The position numbers and the translations under genes were made by a program. From the NCBI GenBank assembly GCA_965217865.1, contig CBDCJO010000002.1, positions 2,464,001 to 2,528,000 of the forward strand: a DNA stretch of 64,000 nucleotides, read 5' to 3'. Numbering within the stretch: the first letter of the stretch is position 1; every line of letters starts with the position of its first letter. Under the pieces are notes generated by a model, which was not told where the DNA came from, did no database searches, and saw nothing but the letters and a program-made list of their open reading frames with translations. Source of the stretch: Candidatus Latescibacterota bacterium. Its GTDB lineage: Bacteria > Latescibacterota > UBA2968 > SICM01. This document shows positions 55,827 through 64,000 of the stretch, piece by piece.

Positions 55827-56024
55827 GTGGTAAAAATAAAGATATGGATTGCGGCTTCTGTTTTATTGATAGCGGGTTTCTCTCAAATGTGGATGATGGT
55901 AAAAGCGTTGTCTGTTTGGACGGGAAGCCTTGTTTTGGGGTTGTTCATAACGCTTGTTAGTTTTCCAATACCGTGGTTCGTGGTCGGCTATTGGATACTT
56001 GAAGGGTCAATACCTTTGGATTAC
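55827..56024 (+). pseudogene. Small membrane protein truncated by IS3 copy 3
   Basis: Two hydrophobic helices; ORF reads into the IS end. Confidence 0.4.
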
Positions 56025-57589
56025 TGTATCTATTCTGAGATAACAAGAGAAAAGCAGATAAAGGTCCAAGCAAGATTCAGGCAGCCTTGTGGATGGTCTG
56101 GGATGTTCTTTGCCGATTGATTTCTATGCGGCGCTGCCGAGCCTCCTCCTTTCGACCTTGTCGGTGGTGAAGAATCTTTTGATGCTGGCCTTTATGCCTC
56201 TGAAGAGGCGTGACATACTGTATTGCCCCGTGATAGCGTTCGGCGTTGTAGCTGTGAATGAAGGAATCAATCAGGCCTTCCAGTTGATGGAATGTGAAGA
56301 TGTCCTGGAAGCGCAGCCAGTCGTATTTGAATGTCCGGAAAAAGGCTTCGATCCAGGCGTTGTCCGTGGGTGTTTGATATCGGGCAAACAGCTGCGAGAT
56401 GCCCAGGTCCTTGAAGAATTGGGCCATCGATTTGGCCTTCATCTGAGATCCGTGATCTGAGAGGGCTGTCAAGCTTATGGGCCCAGTGTCCAGGTCCAGC
56501 AGTCCTTCGTTGGCAAGGGCTTGATCCCAGGCCTGTTTGACCTGCTCCACGGTCGCGTTGAAGGAGAGCTTCCATCCTACGATCTTCCTGGAATACACGT
56601 CGAGAATGGCGGTAAAATACAGGAACAAACCGAAAAATGGGATGTAGGTCAGGTCCCAGCTCCAGACCTGATTAGGACCTTCAGGTTTGACCTGGGGCTT
56701 GCTCTGCTTGACCGGCGTCCTCACCTGTTTCCTGCGTGCCAGACGTTCTTTCCTGGCCTGTCGGTAGAAGCTGGAGGCCGAGGCCTGCACTACCCCCTTC
56801 TCTGAGGCTACCACCGCCAGCTGATGGGGAGGCAGATCGGCATAGGTCTCATCCCTTAAGAGGGCCGGGATTTGCTCTTTCTCCTCCCTCAGCAATCCGT
56901 GTGGGGCCTCATCAGGGGCGGGCCCGGGCTTCCCATCCAAAAGCGGGTCCGACACCCCATCCAGCTTCTCTTCTCGATCTCGCCGGCTCCAGGCACAATA
57001 CCGCTGGAGGGGAAGCTGTAGGATCTCGCAAGAACGGGTGAGTTTCACCCCTTTCTCCTTGGCCCGATGGACCATTAAGAGGATCTCGCGTTTGACCTCA
57101 GCTTGCACCCGGTGGCCCTTGATCGGGCCTGTCAGATCCCATTCACACTTTTTTTTAGCAGGGAAAGTTCCACAGATTGCTCAATGATCGTTTGCTCCAG
57201 GCGTGCCCGCTCTTTGCGCAGCTGCTCCACCTCCTCAGCCGATACCATCGGCTTGCGGCTCCGGCGACCCTTGAACTCCTTGAGGGCCCCGGACTTGACC
57301 GACTCACGAATACGCTTTAGATCCGAGGAATGAATGCCCCATTTCCGCAGCACCTGTGCAATGGGAACATCTCCCCGGCTGGCTTCAAGGAAAATCTCAT
57401 ACTTCTGTTCCGGGGACAAGCTCCTGCGCTTCTTGACCGGGTCACTGTTTGAGGACAGTTGCTCCATCTTTACTCCTCCTGTGAGGTCAGGGATATCCCA
57501 AAATATGTATCCCTTCTCAACCCTACAGGCAACCAGGATCTTGCTTCGACCTTGCCCCCGTTTTTTCGGGCGATCTCAGACAAAAGATA
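56025..57589 (-). mobile_element. IS3-family element, copy 3 (orfA 57132-57467, orfB 56077-57108)
   Basis: Same as the other copies except one S>P change in OrfB. Confidence 0.95.
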
Positions 57590-58622
57590 GTTGGAGGAGG
57601 ATCGGCATGCCCAACAGGAAGTACATCGTCCGTCTATGTTGCGATGAGCGGAAGCACTTGCAGGATCTGGTAAGCAAAGGCCGGACACAGGCCTACCGGA
57701 TCCGACACGCACACATTCTGATGAAGGCCGACGCGGATGGCCCTTGCTGGGGCGACGAAGCCATCGCCCAAGCGTTTTCGTGCCACAGACGCACCGCGGA
57801 AGGCATTCGCAAGCGCTTTGTGGTCCAAGGGCTCGACGCAGCCCTTGAGCGGAAGAAGCGGGAACGACCGCCCATCGAACCGATTCTGGACGGCGAAAAG
57901 GAAGCTCGCTTGATCGCCCTGGCCTGCAGCCAGCCGCCGAAAGGTCGTAGCCGCTGGACGCTGGAGTTGCTCGCCGACAAGCTGGTTGAACTCAACATCG
58001 TCGAGAGCATCTCCTATCGGACCGTGCAACGGGCGCTCAAAAAAACGAACTCAAGCCCCATCTGAAAACGTGCTGGGTGATTCCGCCCAGGGAAAACGCC
58101 GCATTCGTAGCTTGCATGGAGAATCTTCTGGACCTGTATCACCGGCCCTATGATCCGGAAAGGCCGCTTTTGGCCATGGATGAACACCCCGTGCAGTTGA
58201 CCGGAGAGACACGCATCCCGGTCCCGGAAAAACCGGGGCATCCCCGACGTTACGACTATGAGTATGAGCGTAACGGCACAGCCGCGAATTTCTTGTTCCT
58301 CGAGCCCCTGACCGGACGTCGGAAGGTCCACGTCCGGGAACGCAGGACCGCCGTAGACTGGGCTTACGAGATCCAGGAGCTGCTTGAGGTGGACTACCCG
58401 GATGCGCAAGTCGTGGTGCTGGTCTGCGACAACCTCAGCACTCACACCATCGCATCTCTCTACCTACGAGGCCTTCCCACCCGAAAAGGCCCGTTCTCTA
58501 GCCAAACGCCTCGAATTGCACTACACGCCCAAGCACGGTAGCTGGCTCAATATCGCCGAGATCGAACTGAGCGTCCTTGCCAGATAATGCCTGCAACAGC
58601 CGCATTCCTGACCTGCAGACCC
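57590..58622 (+). mobile_element. Nearly complete but inactivated IS630 element
   Basis: orfA from 57607, A7C slippery site at ~58038, DEHP/DNLSTH/AEIE catalytic motifs; 4-nt duplication at ~58460 and stop at ~58585. Confidence 0.9.
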
Positions 58623-58679
58623 TCCGAACCATGCCGAAAATCTCGCGTATAGGAAGTATAGTATAAAGGTCCTTATCCA

Positions 58680-58975
58680 TTTAGATGATGGTCAAGCCAT
58701 CTCTACATCTGGGACTATGAGCGATATTTCGTGCCGGATAAGTCCATACATCATATCATCGATCCAAAGACTGGTCGGTCGGCAACGGCCTTAATAAGCG
58801 CTACAGTGATTGCAAAAACCGCGATGGAAGCTGACGCATTGGCCACCGCGGTTTTCGTGCTAGGCCCAATTAACGGGATGAAGTTGATAAGGTCTCCAGA
58901 TGATATTGAGGCATTGTTAGTCACAAAGGATCGAGAGATATTGATGGTTTCTGGACTTCATCAGCCATGTCATGA
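58680..58975 (+). pseudogene. apbE: FAD:protein FMN transferase C-terminal fragment
   Basis: AISTSGDYERYF...HHIIDPKTG...ADALATAVFVLG. Confidence 0.85.
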
Positions 58976-59135
58976 CCTCTCCTATAGGGGGGTCCCGTCT
59001 TGATCTCAGCATCACAGTGCACTTCGCATAATGTACATGGCCGTGAATGAGGGATGACTCTCAGCCGATGCTGATCGCCTTGGCCTAGATGCAGGGACCG
59101 TGCCTCTCATCCGACTATGCACCATTTGCTGTATG

Positions 59136-59570
59136 CTACGTCTTCTCGCCACTGTCCGTGAGACTTGCGGGCAGTTCGGGGTGGGCCTCCCACCGTTCGA
59201 ATCCATTCAACCAGTACCTCCCGAGTCCGCACTCGTAATCAACAGTCTCATCGCATATGATCTTGCGGGCATGGGCCTGGAGTTGCTCCCAGCCGGCCCG
59301 ACGTTCTCGTCCGAACCACGCGAGAGCGGCCAGATCCATACGCTCTTCGAGAGTCAATTTCAGTATCATGCCCTGGAGTCTCACGTATGACTCCAGCGGA
59401 ACTGGCGGAGTACTTGTCGGCACAAACATGATGATACCACCTATATTCTCAGACTGAGATTTTGACCATTGATCGTCTTCGAGCATCCATTCATCGTATG
59501 CCTGGCTCAATGCCTCCACCTTGCTCCGCTGTATCTGGGGAGGAGGATCTCGTTGTTCCTCTGTTTTCAT
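59136..59570 (-). CDS. Hypothetical protein (DUF3775-like C-terminus)
   Basis: 144-aa ORF; LTLEERMDLAALAWFGR pattern. Confidence 0.5.
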   Translation of the reverse strand: MKTEEQRDPPPQIQRSKVEALSQAYDEWMLEDDQWSKSQSENIGGIIMFVPTSTPPVPLESYVRLQGMILKLTLEERMDLAALAWFGRERRAGWEQLQAHARKIICDETVDYECGLGRYWLNGFERWEAHPELPASLTDSGEKT

Positions 59571-59589
59571 TAGCTGTCTAATGTATGCG

Positions 59590-59800
59590 ACACCCTGAAG
59601 GAACTCCCCGCATTAGACAACATCCTGAAGGAACTCCCTGAACTCCCCCCATTCGTGTGACTGTCGCACTCCACTGTTGCAACTCCACTGTTGCAACTCC
59701 ACTGTCCCCCCCACGGTCGCTTTTCTGAAGGTTCCGCATCCAAATTTGCCCGGATTCCTGAATAAAGTCGCACACGGAGAGAATCCGATGCCCTGTGGCC
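59590..59800 (+). repeat. Short tandem repeats plus diverged relative of repeat B
   Basis: CCTGAAGGAACTCCC x2, ACTCCACTGTTGCA x2.7 (59668-59705); CCCGGATTCCTGAATAAAGTCGCACACGG resembles CCCGGATTCAGAAAGAAAGTCGCACACGG in repeat B. Confidence 0.6.
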
Positions 59801-60171
59801 GATTATTGTATCCCCTCTGTGCCGACCAATGCCGGTTTGCTGGCTGGGAAGTATCCGAAGCGCCCGGCAATCTCCGCCACGTATGTTTGCCATCTGTTTG
59901 GCGTCCTTAAATACCAGCCATGGAGATACGTCCCAAAATCCTGATTCTGGTCACACGAAACTGGTCCTTGAATATTCAGAAAGCGGACAGCGTTCCACGC
60001 CTCTTACCTCCACAGGAAACCTGCAAGCCCAGAACGAGAATGGTGACAGTCCAAAGCCCCGTCTCCTGCCTCCACCGGCTCATAGACTACCTCCTTGTCG
60101 CGCTCTACAAGAGCGTTTAATTCTCTCGGCAGAATAGATCATGTGACACGAGCACAGTGGACCCGCTGCCG

Positions 60172-61219
60172 CTACCATGTGAAGGTGAAAAATACCCCCG
60201 TTGGTTGCTGCCGCGCGGGCCTGCTGAAGTCCGGGATCTTGTACCGGTCGGGCACGGTGGACCAGCCGTTGTAGATGTTGCCGCCGACATAGAAGCGCCG
60301 CGGCCGTTCCGGCTCCGGGATCGGCCTGCCCGTCGCGAAGAGTGTGTAGGAACGCTGCGGCGGCTCCGGGTCGATTCGTTCCGCGTGAGGCACGTACTCC
60401 CTGAGACCGTCGCCATCGACGTCCGCATGAATCCAGTCGAGGTGGAGCAGGCGATGGTAGCTGCCGTCGGCGATCATGCCGCGCAGCTCGGCGTTGAACC
60501 GCGAGATGATCGACTCGGCGTCCGGAAACGAGCGACGGACGGCGAGGTGAAGCGAGCGTGTGAGCAGCGGCGTCGAGCCGAACGCGAGCCGCGTTCGAGC
60601 TTCTTCTCCGTGGTTGCGGATGAGGTACTGGATGACCAGGTCGTCCATCAGCGTGTAGTCCACCTCACCGTTGAGGAGTCTTGTGACGCTGTTCTCTTCG
60701 CTGTTCGAGCCAACGAAGATCGGCCCGTCCGTCGTCTCGACCGCCTCGCCATACGCGTACCCGGCTTTTGACCAGGGCGATCCGCTTGCCGGCGAGGTCG
60801 GCCAGCGCGGTCGCGGATACATCGCTGCCCTGCCGCCCGACGAGGATCAACCGGTTCTCGAGATACGGCTGCGAGTAAATCAGCGCGCGTTCGCGCTCCG
60901 TGTCCCTCCAGAGCGCCGCGCTTCCGTCGAACTCCCCGCTCAGCAGTGCGGGCGTCAGCCTGGCTTCGTCCACGATGACCGTTTCGGCGACGATCCCCAC
61001 TCGTTCAAGAGCCGTGTCGACCAGATCGAGAGCGAACCGCGCCTGCCCCGGCGCGTTGGTGAACGGCGACCACGCCGTCGACACGAGCTGCAGCTGCCGA
61101 CCTTGCGCGGCTGCCATGATCGGGTCCGGATCCTGTCCGAACGCCCAAGGCGCGGTTAGCGTCAAGGCCAGCACGGAAATGGCAAGTGTCGTAAGTATGC
61201 TTGTTGGCCGCCGTTTCAT
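60172..61219 (-). pseudogene. Polar amino acid-type substrate-binding protein (SBP_bac_3) with C-terminal extension; frameshift at ~60770
   Basis: Signal peptide, STAWSPF, YSQPYLEN, DLAGKRIALV / GYAYG, FNAELRGMIADGSY. Confidence 0.8.
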
Positions 61220-61567
61220 TTCAACCTCCGATCTGCGTCATTGAGGCGTGTGCCGACTCGTGGATGAGCACGAGCCGGTATCGAACGTTTGTTAGGTTCT
61301 GATCAGAACGAGAACGTCCTACCGACCTGCACTTGCCTTGGCGTGGCACTGATGGTCAAGTCCCTCATCACCGGAACGTCCGACCAGATGGTTGCGAGCA
61401 GCACGCCGCCCACGGCAAGTCCAATCCCAAGCGCACCGAAGACGTTGACCTGCTCACAATGGAGGGACATCAAGGAAGTACACAGTCTCCTCATCTTCCC
61501 CGCAGGGTCGTCCGACCTGAGTTGCGAGCAACGCGGTGCCTCCAGCCATCAGCGCGACACCCGCCCA

Positions 61568-61672
61568 TGTGATATGACCCGGGAAAAGTGGACAGTGGTT
61601 TAAGCCGCTTTTTGCAGCGATAGGCGTTCAAAAAGGGCCGGGGACACATAGTCCAGGTAAGCGTGCAGCCGC
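61568..61672 (-). mobile_element. IS3-family 3' end remnant
   Basis: RLHAYLDYVSPALFE...AA* followed by TGTCCACTTTTCCCGGGTCATATCA. Confidence 0.7.
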
Positions 61673-61919
61673 GAAGGCGGCACTACTCCTGTTCAGCAAG
61701 AAAGTGGGCTTTACCGACGTTCTCGCCAAGATCGCGACGGCTGTTCCAGAGCACCTAAACTTTAAGCAAGAGCTACGGAAAGTCAGCGATACGCATGTCC
61801 GGTACTTGTTCAGACAGAAAGATGATCCAGCCAGAGATCTTTATCTGGCGGTGCAGGCGTTCAATACTCCAAAAGGAGCAAAGGAATAGTCGGCGCGATC
61901 AGATCAGGAGATGCGGCCC

Positions 61920-61993
61920 GTGAGGTGCTCGCCGGTCTGGTCGAGCGGGTGACCTTCCACAACCCCGAGAACGGCTTCTGCGTGCTGCGCACT
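61920..61993 (+). pseudogene. RecD2/TraA-family helicase N-terminal fragment
   Basis: EVLAGLVERVTFHNPENGFCVLR. Confidence 0.7.
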
Positions 61994-61997
61994 CAGG

Positions 61998-63419
61998 GGT
62001 CATCGCCGAGGTTGAGCGGTTTATGGAGGAAAAAAGGGAGGCCTATGACATCCGAAAGATCTCGTCGTGGTACTGGAAAAATGGAGGAGGGGTGCGGATC
62101 ATCCTGAACTCGGAACGGAATCCCTGGTGGTATGTCGCTTACAAAAAGCTGCGAGAAATCCTCGGAATCCCGGTATTCGCCATGATGCCCCGGAAGGAGA
62201 TCATGGACGACATCGCGAAGGAGATACCCAAATTCGTGGGTGTGAGGTTTCGAATCTGGGGCGGTGAGGGGTGGGGGGGGCCGGGCCCGACGCTCAAATG
62301 TCCGTCTTCATCTACGGGGACGACACAGAAGTATTGGCGAATCTGTCCGAAGAGGTGGAGCGACGGCTGAAGACGATCCCGGAGATCATCAGCCTGGACC
62401 CGGACCGGAACCGCGGAGAGGATGAGATCAGGATCCGGATCGACAGGGAACAAGCCCGGAAGTTGGGGATTACCCCCCGGCAGGTGGGCCGTACGATCTC
62501 TGCGGGGCTCCAGGGGGTGACGCTGCCCCGGTTTCGGGCAGGGGATCGTGAAGTGGACGTCAGGCTTTCCCTGGTAGAGTCACAAAGGACAACGCTGGAA
62601 CAGTTGAAGAACTTCACGTTTACGTCTCGAGAAGGTCAGGAGATACCCTTAAAGGCGATTGCCTCCACGTCGATCCACAGGGGCTCGGAGAACATCACCC
62701 GCTATTTCACGGGGGTCCGCCAGGATATTCGGGTGATCACGACGAAGGACGACTTGAAGACGCTCTATCAGAAGATCGATCGGGCGATGGAGGGGTTTGA
62801 GATGCCGCGGGGTTACCGGTGGGACAAGGGGGAGGGTTACCGGAGACTCGAAGAGACGGCGGAAACCCAGAAGTACGCCATCCTCCTGGCCGTTGTGTTC
62901 GTGCTCCTTCTGATGGGGGGTCTGTTCGAGTCTTTCGTCCTTCCTTTCTCCGTGCTGCTGTCGATCCCCTTCTCCTTCCTGGGCGTCTACTGGACGCTCT
63001 ACCTGACGGACACGCCTTTCGATCAAACCGCGACGATCGGGAGCGTCATCCTGATCGGGGTGGTCGTCAAAAACGGGATCGTCCTGATCGACCGGATCAA
63101 CCAGCTCCGGGTGGAGGGGATGTCCAGGACCGAGGCGATCGTGATTGGGGGCCGTCAACGCCTGAGGCCGATTTTCATGACGACGGCCACCACGGTGTTC
63201 GCGTGGCTCCCGATGGCCATGGGTGCAGGATCGATGTTGGGGACATCTTATGCCCCGATGGGCCGGGCAATGATGGGGGGGATGGTGGTCTCGACCTTTT
63301 TTACCCTGCTCGTCGTGCCGCTGTTCTATACCTTTTTCGACGATCTGCGTGAAATCTTTCGAAGGGCGGCGGCCAGTTTTCAGGGCAAAGGGCGTGAAAC
63401 GATCCCGGTCGCGAGATAG
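61998..63419 (+). pseudogene. RND permease 2, C-terminal half; frameshift in G-run at ~62275
   Basis: VIAEVERFMEE...; GLFESFVLP; GVVVKNGIVL; RLRPIFMT; complements 35484-37170. Confidence 0.88.
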
Positions 63420-63579
63420 GTCTCCCACTTGCGCGTCTTGAACCGGAAAGTTATATTAAATATCCATTTCCCCTATCTTAAAACCTACTCGCCTGGTTCA
63501 CATCGCGCAGCTGTAACGAAAAAAAGATGTACGCATCTTGCCTAGAAGTTGAAATGTGAGACTCTAAAAAGGTGCTGTC

Positions 63580-64000
63580 ATGAAACCCAAATGGCTTCTT
63601 ATCGCGCTTTTTACATTGGCTTTGGGCAGGTCCGAGACGTTTTCCCAGGAGAAAACCGCTTCGGACCCGGAAGGGACGCTTGACCTGACCCTGGAGGCCT
63701 GCGTAGAGATCGCGTTGAAAAACAACCCGGAAGTCGTGAATGCCCGGTACAATGTAGATATTCAGGCACTCGCCTTGCGAACGGCCAAGGGGCGGCTCCT
63801 GCCGTCCATTGACTCTCGCTACGGGGTGAACAAGGCGATCACCGGTCCCCGGCCGGGGCAATTTCTCGATCCGGTCACCCAACAGGTTATCACCTCCCCG
63901 GGCAGGAGCACGGTCAGCAGTTCACACTCGGTGGGGGCCAATATCAGCATACCGATCTACAACGCGAACACACTGGCCAACATCGCCGCAGACCGGGCCG
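63580..64000 (+). CDS. TolC-family outer membrane factor (runs off window)
   Basis: Signal peptide MKPKWLLIALF, LTLEACVEIALKNNPEV, AKGRLLPSI. Confidence 0.85.
   Translation, partial: MKPKWLLIALFTLALGRSETFSQEKTASDPEGTLDLTLEACVEIALKNNPEVVNARYNVDIQALALRTAKGRLLPSIDSRYGVNKAITGPRPGQFLDPVTQQVITSPGRSTVSSSHSVGANISIPIYNANTLANIAADRA

Overview
Bacterial, mostly GC-rich window (phylum not determinable from sequence alone) that is a mosaic of a few intact gene blocks and many short gene fragments joined end to end. It carries a heavy IS load: 4 copies of an IS1182/IS5-type element with CTAR targets, 3 near-identical 1565-bp IS3-family elements, 1 complete IS256 with a 9-bp TSD, and remnants of IS630, IS110, IS3 and IS256. 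Recognisable genes include two ECF sigma factors with long C-terminal extensions (one IS-split), an ankyrin protein preceded by a sigma70-like promoter and a structured GC-rich leader, an orphan 5-repeat type I-E-like CRISPR array, an AT-rich BtrH-like/ABC permease/radical SAM-SPASM remnant, BMP, radical SAM, YhdH, hxlAB, PhyH, YcaQ, a porin and SBPs. An RND efflux operon has its second AcrB-type gene split by about 25 kb. Repeated pieces of an integrative element (large serine recombinase, DUF3631-like protein, tRNA-3'-like att ends) are scattered through the window. The best candidates for something undescribed are the putative cis-regulatory RNA at 7092-7220 paired with the ankyrin N-terminal domain, and the repeated att-like ends. 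Some of the mosaicism and frameshifts may be amplification or assembly artefacts.
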